Made by a program: the position numbers and the translations under genes. Source: Mobula hypostoma (Eukaryota). From it: 64,000 nucleotides of DNA. The stretch lies in assembly GCF_963921235.1 (NCBI RefSeq), contig NC_086097.1, positions 184,638,001 to 184,702,000 on the forward strand, in the 5' to 3' direction. Below the pieces are notes generated by a model that saw only the letters and a program-made list of their open reading frames with translations, was not told the DNA's origin and did no database searches. Positions 36,915 through 48,962 of the stretch are shown piece by piece. Positions within the stretch are counted from its first letter, which is position 1; every line of letters starts with the position of its first letter.

Positions 36915-36950
36915 AGTCGACGTTTCGGGCCGAGACCCTTCATCAGGACT
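36915..36950 (-). ncRNA. Minimal hammerhead ribozyme, intact core
   Basis: AGTC CTGATGA A GGG-TCTCGG-CCC GAAAC GTC GACT. Confidence 0.8.
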
Positions 36951-38722
36951 AACAGAAAGAAGAGCTAGTAAGTGATTTGAAAGTGGGAGCGGGAGGGGGA
37001 GATCCGAACTGATAGGAGAAGACAGGAGGGGGAGGGATGGAGCCAAGAGCTGGACAGTTGATTGGCAAAAGGGATATGAGAGGATCATGGGACAGGAGGC
37101 CTAGGGAGAAAGAAAAGAGGGAGGGGGAGAAGCCCAAAGGATGGGCAAGGGGTATAGTGAGAGGGACAGAGGGAGAAAAAGGAGAGAGAAAAAGAATGTG
37201 TGTAGATAAATAAATAAATAACAGATGGGATATGAGGGAGAGGTGGGGCATTAGCGGAAGTTTGAGAAGTCAATGTTCATGCCATCAGGTTGGAGGCTAC
37301 CCAGACGGAATATAAGGTGTTGTTCCTCCAACCTGAGTGTGGCTTCATCTTTACAGTAGAGGAGGCCGTGGATAGACATATCAGAATGGGAATGGGACGT
37401 GGAATTAAAATGTGTGGCCAGTGGGAGATCCTGCTATCTCTGGCGGACAGAGTGTAAGTGTTCAGCGAAACGATCTCCCAGTCTGCGTCGGGTCTCACCA
37501 ATATATAGAAGGCCACATCGGGAGCACCGGACGCAGTATATCACCCCAGCTGACTCACTGGTGAAGTGTCACCTCACCTGGAAGGACTGTCTGGGGCCCT
37601 GAATGGTGTTAAGGGAGGAAATGTAAGGGCATGTGTAGCACTTGTTCTGCTTACAAGGATAAGTGCCAGGAGGGAGATCGGCGGGGAGGGATGGGGGGGA
37701 CGAATGGACAAGGGAGTTGTGAAGGGAGCGATCCCTGCGGAAAGCGGTGGGGCGGGGAGGGAAAGATGTGCTTAGTCGTGGGGTCCCGTTGGAGGTGGCG
37801 GAAGTTACGGAGAATAATATGTTGGACCCAGAGGCTGGTGGGGTGGTAGGTGAAGACAAGGGGAACCCTATTCCTAGTGGGGTGGCGGGAGGATGGAGTG
37901 AGAGCAGACGTGCATGAAATGGGGGAGATGCGTTTGAGAGCAGAGTTGATGGTGGAGGAAGGGAAGCCCCTTTCTTTAAAAAAGGAGGGTATCTCCTTCA
38001 TCCTGGAATGAAAAGCCTCATCCTCAGAGCAGATGTGGTGGAGATGGAGGAATTGCGAGAAGGGCCTCCATTCAGGGCCCCAGACAGTCCTTCCAAGTGA
38101 AGCAACGCTTCACCTGTGAGTCGGCTGGGGTGATATACTGCGTCCAGTGCTCGCAATGCGGCCATCTATATATTGGCAAGACCCGATGCAGACTGAGAGA
38201 TCGTTTCGCTGAACACCTACGCTGTGTCCGCCAGAGAAAGCAGGATCTCCCAGTGGCCACACATTCTAATTTCACGTCCCATTCCCATTCTGACATGTCT
38301 ATCCACGGCCTCCTCTACTGTAAAGATGAAGCCACACTCAGGTTGGAGGAACAACACTTTATATTCCGTCTGGGTAGCCTCCAACCTGATGGCATGAACA
38401 TTGACTTCTCAAACTTCCGCTAATGCCCCACCTCCCCCTCGTACCCCATCCGTTATTTATTTATTTATATACACACATTCTTTCTCTGTCTCTCCTTTTT
38501 CTCCCTCTGTCCCTCTCACTATACCCCTTGCCCATCTTCTGGGCTTCCCCCCCCCCACTTCTTTCTCCCTAGGCCTCCTGTCCCATGATCCCCTCATATC
38601 CCTTTTGCCAATCAACTGTCCAGCTCTTGGCTCCATCCCTCCCCCTCCTGTCTTCTCCTATCATTTCGGATCTCCCCCTCCCGCTCCCACTTTCAATTCT
38701 CTTACTAGCTCTTCTTTCTGTT

Positions 38723-38758
38723 AGTCCTGACGAAGGGTCTTGGCCCAAAACGTTGACT
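38723..38758 (+). ncRNA. Hammerhead motif, core mutated
   Basis: AGTC CTGACGA AGGGTCTTGGCCC AAAAC GTT GACT (GAAA>AAAA). Confidence 0.55.
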
Positions 38759-39199
38759 GTACCTTTTCCTAGAGATGCTGCCTGGCCTGCTGCATTCACA
38801 CACAATTTTTATGTGTGCTGCTTGAAATTCCAACATCTGCAGATTTCCTTGTGTTTGTGTTACTAGAATGTTACCTGGGTTTCATCACCTAAGTTACAGA
38901 GAAAGGTTGAACAAGTTGGGTCTTTATTCTTTGGAGCGTAGAAGGTTGAGGGGGGACTTGATAGAGGCATTTAAAATTATGAGGGGGATAGATAGAATTG
39001 ACGTGGATAGGCTTTTTCCATTGAAAGTAGGGGAGATTCAAACAAGAGGACATGAGTTGAGAGTTAAAGGGCAAAAGTTTAGGGGTAACATGAGGGGGAA
39101 CTTCTTTACTCAGAGAGGGGTAGCTGTGTGGAACGAGCTTCCAGCAGAAGTAACACACATCAAAGTTGCTGGTGAACGCAGCAGGCTAGTCCATCTAAC

Positions 39200-40110
39200 T
39201 CAATATATGTTTGCTGATGACACAACAGTGGTAGGCCGTATCTCGGGTAATGATGAGTTTGAGTACAGAGAGGAAATTAAGAACCTGGTGGCATGGTGGG
39301 AAGACAATAACCTATCCCTCAACGTCAGCAAGACGAAGGAATTGGTTGTTGACTTCGGAAGAAGTAGCGGACTGCATGACCCAATTTACATCAGTGGTGC
39401 GCAAGTGGAACAGGTCAAACGCTTTAAGTACCTCAGGGTCAATAACACAAATGACCTGACTTGGTCCAACCAAGCAGAGTTCACTGCCAAGAAGGCACAC
39501 CCAGCGCCTTTACTTCCTGAGGAAACTAAAGAAATTTGCCCTGTCCCCTAAAACCCTCACTAATTTTTATAGATGCACCATAGAAAGCATTCTTCTAGGG
39601 TGCATCACAACCTGGTATGGAAGTTGTCCTGCCCAAGACCGAAAGAACCTGCAGAAGATCATGAACACGGCGCAGCACATCACACAAACCAATCTTCCGT
39701 CCTTGGACTCACTTTAAACCGCATGCTGTCAGAGCAGTGCTGCCAGGATAATCAAGGACACGACCCACCCAGATAACAAACTTTTCGTCCCTCTTCCCTC
39801 TGGGAGAAGGCTCAGGAGCTTGAAGACTCGAACAGCCAGATTTGGGAACAGCTCCTTCCAACTGTGATAAGACTGCTGAACGGATCCTAACCCGGATCTG
39901 GGCCGTACCCTCCAAATATCCGGACCTGTCTCTAGTTTTTTTTGCACTACCTTACTTTCCATTTTTTAATTTTCTATTTATGATTTGTAATTTACATTTT
40001 TAATATTTATATTGATTTGTAATCCAGGGAGTGGAAAGTGCAGAATCAAATATCGCTGTGATGATTGTACATTCTAGTATCAATTGTTTGGCAACAGTAA
40101 AGTATACAGT
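39200..40110 (+). mobile_element. Rex1/Babar-type LINE 3' fragment
   Basis: FADDTTVVGRI..NDE.EYREEI...LNVSKTKELVVDF...FKYL.V...L.W, FYRCTIESIL, then a 3' UTR. Confidence 0.85.
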
Positions 40111-41212
40111 ATAGCATTGGAGAGGGATAGGAACAGACAAGTTAGGAAAGTGTTTAATAGGAGTAAGGGGAAATATGAATATCAGGCAGGAACTTGGAAG
40201 CATAAATTGGGAAATATACAGCAGAAATGTGACAAATATTCAGGGGATATTTGCGTTACGTTCTGCATAGGTACGTTCCAGTGAGACAGAGTACGTTCCA
40301 ATGAGATGGTCGGGTACAGGAACCATGGTGTACAAAGGTTGTTGAAAATCTAGTCAAGAAGAAAAGAAAAGTTTACGAAAGGTTCAAAAAACTAGGTAAT
40401 GATAGGGATCTAGAAAATTATAAGGCTAGCTGGAAGGAGTTTAAGAATAAAATTGAGAGAGCCAGAAGGGGCCATGAGATGGCCTTGGCGAGCAGGATTA
40501 AGGAAAACCCCAAGGCATTCTACAAGTTTGTGAAAAGCAAGAAGATATGATGTGAAAGAATAAGACCAATCAAGTGTAACAGTAGAAAAGTGTGTATGGA
40601 ACCGGAGGAGATAACAGAGGTACTTAATGAATACTTTGCTTCACTACTCACTACAGAAAAGGACCTTGGCGATTGTGGGGATGATTTACAGCAGACTGAA
40701 AAGCTTGAGCATATAGACATTAATAAAGAGGATGTGCTGGAGCTTTTAGAAAGCATCAAGTTGGATAAGTCACTGGGACCAGATGAGATATACCCTTGGC
40801 TACAGTGGGAGGCGAGGGAGGAGATTGCTGAGCTCCTAGCAATGATCTTTGTATCATCAATGGGGATGGGCGAGGTTCTGGAAGATTGGAGGGTTGCAAA
40901 TGTTGTTCCCTTATTCAAGAAAGGAAGTAGAGATAGCCCAGGAAATTATAGTCCAGTGAGTCTTACTTCAGTGGTTGGTAAGTTGATGGAGAAGATCCTG
41001 AGAGGCAGGATTTATGAACATTTGGCAAGGCATAATATGATTAGGAATAGTCAGCATGGCTTTGTCAAAGGCAAGTTGTGCCTTACGAGCCTGATTGAAT
41101 TTTTTTGAGGATGCGACTAAACACATTGATGAAGGTAGGGCTGTAAATATAGCGTATGTGGATTTCAGCAAGGCATTTGATAAGGTACTCCATACAAAGT
41201 CTATTGAGAAAG

Positions 41213-41656
41213 ACTAGATAAAGATAAAGATAGAAACATAAAAAACCGATAGCACAATACAGGCCCTTCGGCCCAGAGCTGTGCTGAACATATCCTTAAC
41301 TTAGAACTACCTCGCCTTACTCATAGCCCTCTATTTTTCGAAGATCCATGTATCCATCCAGGAGTCTCTTAAAAGACCCTATTGTTTCCGCCTTCACTAC
41401 GTTGCCGGCAGCACATTTCATGCACTCACCACTCCCTGCATAAAAAAACTTACCCCTGACATCTCCTCTGTACCTGCTTCCAAGTAACTTAAAACTATGC
41501 CCTCTCATGCTAGCCACTTCAGCCCTGGGAAAAAGCCTCTGACTATCCACACGATCAATGCCTCTCATCATCTTATACACCTCTATCAGGTCACCTCTCA
41601 TCCTCCGTCGCTCCAAGGAGAAAAGTCTGAGTTCACCAGCCAAAAAATTATAAGGC
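41213..41656 (-). mobile_element. CR1 3' fragment inserted antisense into the host CR1 of the same subfamily
   Basis: TTGAGAAAG on both sides. Encodes LFSLERRRMRGDLIEVYKMMRGIDRVDSQRLFP, nearly the same as 46600-46917. Confidence 0.85.
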
Positions 41657-41874
41657 TTGAGAAAGTAAAGAGATAAGGGATCCAAGGGGATATTGATTTG
41701 TGGATCCAGAATTGGCTTGCCCACAGAAGGCAAAGATTGTAGACGGGTCATATTCTGCATGGAGGTTGGTGACCAATAGTATGCCTCAGGGATCTGTTCT
41801 GGGACCCCTTCTCTTTGTGATTTTTATAAATGACCTGGATGAGGAAGTGGAGGGATGAGTTAGTATATTTGCTG

Positions 41875-44800
41875 GCACAAAGTAATCTGCAGATGCTGGG
41901 GTCAAAGCAACACTCACAACACGCTGGAGGAACTCAGCAGGTCGGGTAGCATCCGTGGAAGAGATCGGTCGACATTTTGGGCCAGAACCCTTCGTCAGGT
42001 CTGTAGGGGGAATGGGCAGAGGCCCTATAAGGAAGGTGGGGGGAGGGTGGGAAGGAGAAGGCTGGTAGGTTCCAGGTGAAAAAACCAGTAAGGGGAAAGA
42101 TAAAGGGGTGGGGGAAGGGAGGCAGGGAGGTGATAGGCAGGAAAGGTGAAGAAAGAATAGGGGAAAACACAATGGGTAGTAGAAGGAGGCGGAACCAAGA
42201 GGGAAGTGGTAGGCAGCTGGAGGAGGGGGCAGAGTGACATAGGGATAGGGAAAGGAAGGGGGAGGGAATTACCGGAAGTTGGAGAATACTATGTTCATAC
42301 CGAGGGCCTGGAGACTACCTAGACGGTATATGAGGTGTTGCTCCTCCAACCTGAGTTTAGCCTCATCATGGCAGTAGAGGAGGCCATGTATGGACATATC
42401 TGAATGGGAGTGGGAAGCAGAGTTGAAGTGGGTGGCTACTGGGAGATCCTGTCTATTTTGGCGGACGGAGTGGGGGTGCTCGACAAAGCGATCCCCCAAT
42501 CTGCGTCGGGTTTCACCGATGTGGAGGAGGCCGCACCGGGAGCACCGAATGTAATAGATGACCCCAACAAACTCACAAGTGAAGTGTTGCCTCACTTGGA
42601 AGTATTGTTTGGTACCCTGAATGGTGGCAAGAGAGGAGGTGAAGGGACAGGTGTAGCACTTGTGCTTACAGGGATAAGTGCCAGGTGGGAGATCCGTAGG
42701 GAGGGACGTGTGGACCAGGGAGCCGTGGAGGGACCGATCCCTGCAGAAGGCAGAGAGGGAAAGATGTGCTTAGTGGTGGGGTCCTGTTGAAGGTGGCGGA
42801 AGTTGCGGAGGATAATGTGTTGAATCCGGAGGCTGGTGGGGTGGTAGGTGAGGACTAGGGGAACTCTGTCCCTGTTGTGGTGGCGGGAGGATAGGGTGAG
42901 AGCCAAAGTGCGGGAAATGAAGGAGATGCGGGTGAAGGCATCATTGATGACGGCAGAAGGGAAACCACGATCCTTAAAGAAAGAGGACATTTGAGATATC
43001 CTGGAACGGAAAACCTCATCCTCGGAGCAGATGCGGCAGAGACGGAGGAACTGGGAATAGGGAATGGCATTTTTGCATGTGGTGGGGTGGGATGAGGTGT
43101 AGCTGAGGTAGTTATCAGAGTCAGTGGGCTTGTAGAAGATGTCAGTGGACAGTCTGTCTCCAGAGATGGAGACCAAGAGATCGAGAAAGGGGAGAGAAGT
43201 GTCCGAGACAGTCCAAGTGAATTTGAGGGCTGGGTGGAAGTTAGAAGTAAAGTCAATGAAATTGACGAGCTCAGCATGGGTGCAGGAAGCAGCACCAATG
43301 TAGTCGTCATTGTACCGAAGGAAAAGTTGGGGAGCAGTACCAGTATAGGTTTGGAGCACAGACTGTTCCACATAACCAACGAAGAGGCAGGCATAGCTAG
43401 GGCCCATGCAAGTTCCCATAGCTACACCCTTGGTCTGAAGAAAGTGGGAAGAGCCAAAAGAGAAGTTATTGAGTGTGAGAACCAGTTCTGCCAACCAGAG
43501 GAGGGTAGTGATGGTGGGGAACTGGTGAGGTCTATTATCCAGAAAGTAGCAGAGGGCTATGAGGCCCTCTTCATGGGGAATGGAGGTGTACAGGGATCGG
43601 ATATCCATAGTGAAGATGAAGCGGTTGGGACTGGGGAACTGGAAGTTATTGAAGAGGTGGAGGGCATGGGATGTATCCCGGATGTAGGTGGGGAGAGACT
43701 GAACTATGGGTGACAAAATAGAGTCCAGGTAGGCAGAAACAAGTTCAGTGGGACAGGAGCAGGCAGAAACTATGGGTCTGCCAGGACAGTCAGGCTTGTG
43801 GATCTTGGGGAGGAGGTAAAACCAAGTGGTACGGGGTGTGGGAACTATGAGTTTAGTGGCTGAGGATGGTGGGTCTCCGGAGTTGATAAGGGTGGTGATG
43901 GTACAGGAGACAATGGTTTGATGTTTTTTGGTGGAGTCCTGTTCCAGGGGTAAGTAAGAGGAGGTGTCAGAGAGCTGCCATTTGGCCTCAGTGAGGTAGA
44001 GGTCCATTCGCCAGACTACTACAGCACCACCTTTGTCAGCGGGTTTGATGGTGAGGTTGGGGTTAGTGCGGAGAGAGTGGAGGGCAGTGCGTTCAGAGGG
44101 AGTGAGGCTGGAACAGGAGAAAGGAAGTGAAGTTGAGACGGTTGATGTCTTGACGACAGTTGGAGATAAAAATATCGAGTTCAGGTAGAAGGCCCGGGTG
44201 GGGTGTCCAGGAGGAGGAGGAGAGTTGAAGACAGGAGAAGGGGTCATCAGTAGGGAGAGGGGAATCCTTGCCAAGGAAATAGGCTCAGAGACGTAGGTGA
44301 CGGAAGAGTTCAGTGTCATGGTGGGCACGGAACTCACTGAGGTGTGGACGGAGGGGGACAAAAGTGAGGCCCTTGCTAAGGACAGAACATTCTGCCTCAG
44401 AAAGGGGAAGGTCAGAAGGGATGATGAAGACACGGCAAGGGTTGGGGCTGGGGTCGGAGGAGGGTGAAGAGTGGGAGGTCTCAGGAGGGAGGGGGGGTTG
44501 GGATGTTCAGGGAGAGCGGGGTTAGGGGAGGATGAGGGATCAGAGGAATGGAGGGGTGATGAGGGGTAGAGAGAAGTTTGGGAGTCGCGGGGAGGGAAGA
44601 GGGTAGTGGGGGTATCAGACGGGCAGTAGGACCCAGTGGCTGTAAGAGCGGTCCCGGTCCGGAGAGGGTCGGGACCTCGGTCCGAACTGGATCCGGAGCT
44701 GGGGCTGGTGGAGCCTGTAGCCTGCAGGGCCCCAGAACTGAGGTCGGAGTCGGAGACGAGTGAGTCCATGGCCCGCCGGGGGCTGGTGCCCATGGCTGGG

Positions 44801-46091
44801 AGGCCGTGGTTCCAGTCAGGGTCAGAGTCAGAGGGGATGGGTCTTCAGCCTGCCGAAGGTCTGAGAAGTCGAGGTCCGAGGGGTCAGGATCCCGGCTGGA
44901 GGTGGTCGTTGTCATGGGCTCCAGGCGAGCGAGCTTGTGGTCCTTCTTGGATGTGAGGAAGGAGAAGAAACAGCGGTTGGAGGCATGAATCCGGCGGAGA
45001 ATGAAATGTAGGAGAGGTCCATGGCAGACGGTGGAGAGCGAGGCCCGGAGTGGTAGCAGAGAGAGGGACAGGGCCCGTAGGTATCTCCGCATGGCAGCAA
45101 GCATGGCGCGGAGAATCTGGCGGGAGCAGCGGTCAATGAAACGGAGGTTGGTAGGTTCCAGGTGAAAAACCAGTAAGGGGAAAGATAAAGGGGTGGGGGA
45201 AGGGAGGCAGGGAAGTGATAGGCAGGAAAGTTGAAGAAAGAATAGGGGAAAACACAATGGGTAGTAGAAGGAGGCAGGACCAAGAGGGAGGTGGTAGGCA
45301 GCTGGGGGAGGGGGCGGAGTGACATAGGGATAGGGGAAGGGAGGGGGAGGGAATTACCGGAAGATGGAGAATTCTATGTTCATACCAAGGGGTTGGAGAC
45401 TACCTAGATGGTATATGAGGTGTTGCTCCTCCAACCTGAGTTTAGCCTCATTATGGCAGTAGAGGAGGCCATGTATGAACATATCGGAATGGGAGTGGGA
45501 AACAGAGTCGAAGTGAGTGGCTACTGGGAGATCCTGTCTGTTTTGGCGGACGGAGAGGAGGTGCTCGACGAAGCGGTCCCCCAATCTGCGTCGGGTTTCA
45601 CCGATGTAGAGGAGGCCACACAGGGAACACCGGATGCAATAGATGACCCCAACAGACTCACAAGTGAAGTGTTGCCTCACTTGGAAGTACTGTTTGGGGC
45701 CCTGAATGGTGGCAAGAGAGGAGGTGTAGGGACAGGTGTAGCACTTGCGTTTACAGGGATAAGCGCCAGTTGGGAGATCCGTGGGGAGGGACGTGTGGAC
45801 CAGGGAGCCACGGAGGGACCGATCCCTGCAGAAGGCAGAGAGGGAAAGATGTGCTTAGTGGTGGGGTCCTGTTGAAGGTGGCGGAAGTTGCGGAGGGTAA
45901 TGTGTTGGATCCGGAGGCTAGTGGGGTGGTAGGTGAGGACAAGGGGAACTCTGTCCCTGTTGTGGTGGTGGGAGGATGGGGTGAGAGCCGAAGTGTGGGA
46001 AATGGAGGAGAAGTGGGTGAGGGCATCAGAAGGGAAACCACGATCCTTAAAGAAAGAGGACATTTGAGATGTCCTGGAACAGAAAACCTCA
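41875..46091 (-). mobile_element. Penelope element D (second subfamily), partial tandem
   Basis: 14-bp TSD TAGTA(T/A)ATTTGCTG (41861-41874, 46092-46105). Direct repeat 42060-43020 / 45146-46091. Degenerate hammerhead at 41967-42002. Confidence 0.92.
42269..45146 (-). pseudogene. Penelope RT + GIY-YIG polyprotein, near complete, frameshifted
   Basis: IKPADKGGAVVV, FYLLPKIHK, MDIRSLYTSIPH, GVAMG, FLRYNDD (YIDD variant), VIYYIRCSRCGLLHIGET. Confidence 0.92.
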
Positions 46092-47384
46092 TAGTAAATT
46101 TGCTGATGACACGAAGGTTGGAGGTGTTGTGGATAGTGTGGAGGGCTGTCAGAGGTTACAGCAGGACACTGATAGGATGCAAAACTGGGCTGAGAAGTGG
46201 CAGATGGAGTTCAACCCAGATAAGTGTAAGGTGGTTCATTTTGGTAGAGCAAATATGATGGCAGAATATAGTATTAATGGTAAGACTATTGACAGTGTGG
46301 AGGATCAGAGGGATCTTGGTGTCCAAGTCCATAGGACACTCAAAGCTGCTGCGCAGGTTGACTGGTTAAGAAAGGGTACGATGTATTGGCCTTCATCAAT
46401 CTTGGGATTGAGTTATAGAGCCAAGAAGTAATGTTTCAGCTGTATAGGACCCTGGTCAGACCCCACTTGGAGTACTGTGCTCAGTTCTGGTCACCTCACT
46501 ACAGGAAGGATGTGGAAACATATAGAAAGGGTGCAGAGGAGATTTACAAGGATGTTGCTTGGATTGGGGAGCATGCCTTATGAGAATAGGTTGAGTGAAC
46601 TTTGTCTTTTCTCCTTGGAGCGGCAGAAGGTGAGAGGTGACCTAATAGAGGTGTATAAGATGATGAGAGGCATTGATCTTGTGGATAGTCAGAGGCTTTT
46701 TCCCAGGGCTGAAATGGCTAGCATGAGAGGACGCAGTTTTAAGGTGCTTGGAAGTAGGTACAGAGGAGATGTCAGGTGTGAGTTTTTTTTTACGCAGAAA
46801 GTGGTGAGTGCATGGAATGGGCTGCCGGTGACGTTGGTGGAGGCAGATACGATATTATCTTTTCAGAGACTCCTGGATAGGTACATAGAGTTTAGAAAAA
46901 TAGAGGGCTATAGGTAACTTGAGGTAATTTCTAAAGTTAGTACATGTTCGGCACGGCATCGTGGGCAAAGAGCCCATATTGTGCTGTAGGTTTTCTATGT
47001 TTCTAAAACAAGGATAGTGATTTCCCAGAGAGAAGCATGTGGTCCATTAGCTGTGATGGCTTAGCATCGTCAGGGCCGGGCAGGGAGAGCAACTGTTAAG
47101 CGTGCTCAGAATCTGATAGTCCAAATGTCTGTAAAAGCTGAGTTGTCAGCAATTGGTATTTATTGTGTTCAGGCTGGTGTTCTAATAGACTTATCACTCT
47201 CGTGGATGTTGCTGAGTGGTGCTACCACATAGAAATATTTAGTCTTGTCAGCAGAAATTTCTAGAAGGGTGAATTGGACTCAGCTTGTACAAACCAAGTG
47301 ATGGCATTTTGCTTCCAAAATTCCGGTACTATCAAAGTGACTGAATTGGCCGGCATGTTCAATAACTCTGGAATTGTCCAAAAG

Positions 47385-47398
47385 CATCAGGGTCACCA
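47385..47398 (-). promoter_or_regulatory. tRNA-Trp primer-binding site of the Gypsy element
   Basis: TGGTGACCCTGATG versus Trp PBS TGGTGACCCCGACG (two CpG transitions), 1 nt from the LTR. Confidence 0.75.
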
Positions 47399-47399
47399 G

Positions 47400-47615
47400 T
47401 ATAGGTTTTCACAAATAAAATGGCAGAGGTATTTTATGTTTCAGAAAAGCTGTAGCAACTCATTTATTGAACCCAAAAAAACTGAATACAAAGCGTGCTA
47501 ATAGACCGTTATGTTGTTACCTCATCTTGTCAGACCCGCCTCTTAAAGTGAACTCCAACCCAATATTGGTGGATACGAATTCTGTTCATTTCTAGCAATT
47601 ACATTATCCTATACA
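47400..47615 (-). repeat. Gypsy 5' LTR
   Basis: Homologous to 26659-26871 (TAGGTTTTCACAAATAAAA...CAATTACATTA); adjacent to the PBS. Confidence 0.8.
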
Positions 47616-48962
47616 AGTACATCCAACATTTAAAATAGAGGTCAGGAAGAATTTTCACACTCAGAAGTATGAATCTTCAAAATTCTGTACCATAGAGGGT
47701 TCTGGTTGCTTAACAATAAATTATACTCCTGGAAATTGTACTGAATTATAAGATCTTGGGATTGTGCTCTCAAGTAAATAAGGCTTCTATTATTAGCCAT
47801 TACCCTATTTCCTATAGGCTCTTTCTTAGTAACTTCCTATTTCCTAATTCCCATATTGTTCTTGAATGTTAAGTGGGGCTTTCAGAGCAATTTCTTCACT
47901 TAGCATACTGTCCTTTTATGATGTGCAGCATTGATGTTCAAGTGGGAAATGGTAAACAGCTGAAAACAGTGGCAAACTGGTGCCCAGTTAACATCCAGCG
48001 ATAAACCTGTTCTGTAACCTTGAGCTTCCAAACTTAAAACAATGTTGTGATGGTTGGTCTGCTGGCTAAATTCCTTAAATCATCTGCTTCTGCATTTGAT
48101 TCCATGTCCTACAGGTAGTATTGGCTGCATTGACCCTGGGCACCCTCATCCTTCTCAGCCACTAAAATCCCATTAAAATTCTCTCAACATCTCATAAAGG
48201 ACTCAGTCACATTGGATAATTAATTCACACATCAGCTATGCTCCTGGTCTCTGGGTCACTGTGTGCGGAGAGTATATTGAATTTATTTAAATAAACCAAC
48301 CATAAAACTTAAACAGAGTCAGTTATTTACATTTGTTATGTTGTTTGCACATTTTGCAATATGACATTACAATTTTAACCTGCAATGCCTCAGGGTCAAT
48401 GTTTTAAATATCAATTATATAATTTGGAACCATTTTCAGAGTGACTGTCAAGAGTTCAAAAAGGTTATTTCATACATATGGCATACTTTTCCATGTGTAA
48501 AATGAAATTAGACTTTCATTGGCTCTTGCAAAGGCATATCTTGAGGTTAGAATGTGGTGGGTCACATCATCCGGACATCCAATAGCTCATGAGTCACAAA
48601 GCCTCATACACTCCTTATTCAAGGCTTTCCTTGAGGCAAAACTTCACACGTTGACTCTCAACCAGTCTGGTGTCTTCACTGATGCACTGAGATACACTGG
48701 AAAGGGGATAAAGCTTTACTTGCAAGGTAGAAAGCTAAGCCGTTTATTTATATGTTGAAACTTCAAGCATTTAATACAGACTCTGTAGACAGAGCAACTG
48801 GGACAAAATACAGAAAATCTGATGTAATGTAAAGGAAACACTGGAAGTATGGAGATGGTCAGGAAGCATTCATGGGGAGTTAATGTTTCAAGTTACTGAT
48901 CCTTCATCGGAAATGTAAATGTTCTGGTAAACGATCACCACAAACAATGGAAAGGTGAGTGG

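Larger units (their letters stand above)
36851..38859. mobile_element. Penelope element B: two 3' copies head-to-head (minus 36851-38064, plus 38065-38859)
   Basis: 14-bp TSD TTACTAGAATGTTA (36837-36850, 38860-38873). GIY-YIG ORF at 38097-38423; inverted arms of about 750 bp. Confidence 0.93.
32445..39151 (+). mobile_element. Near full-length second CR1 LINE (dead; extreme 3' end lost)
   Basis: 5'UTR, ORF1 32730-33640, APE endonuclease (CIYFNARSI...GET, VGDLN, SDH), RT (DFSKAFD, QGSVLGP, YADD). Confidence 0.92.
31135..47003 (+). mobile_element. Host CR1 LINE inserted in Gypsy gag (5'UTR/ORF1 31135-32444; ORF2 pieces 40110-41212, 41657-41874, 46092-47003)
   Basis: Flanked by TAAA (31131-31134, 47004-47007). 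ORF1 has CISCQMW...CARC and VIGDS...CLPGA. RT motifs and a tail TTTCTATGTTTCTA are present. Confidence 0.8.
26659..47615 (-). mobile_element. Gypsy LTR retrotransposon, decayed, hosting nested insertions
   Basis: LTRs at 26659-26871 and 47400-47615; PPT 26872-26890; PBS 47385-47398. gag at 47004-47356 continues in frame at 31134. Protease FLCDTGA (30581-30841), RT/RNase H (27780-28820), integrase with GPF motif (26950-27600). Confidence 0.85.

Noticed and set aside
38868..39551. 227-aa ORF
   Set aside because: Chance fusion of CR1, Penelope-terminus and Rex fragments; not a gene.
44481..45257. 258-aa Pro-rich ORF
   Set aside because: Spans the Penelope tandem junction (3'UTR fused to the N-terminal coding region); part of element D.
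41230..47003. Long inverted repeat (41230-41635 versus about 46590-47003) suggesting a DNA transposon
   Set aside because: Explained by an antisense CR1 3' fragment of the same subfamily with its own target duplication.
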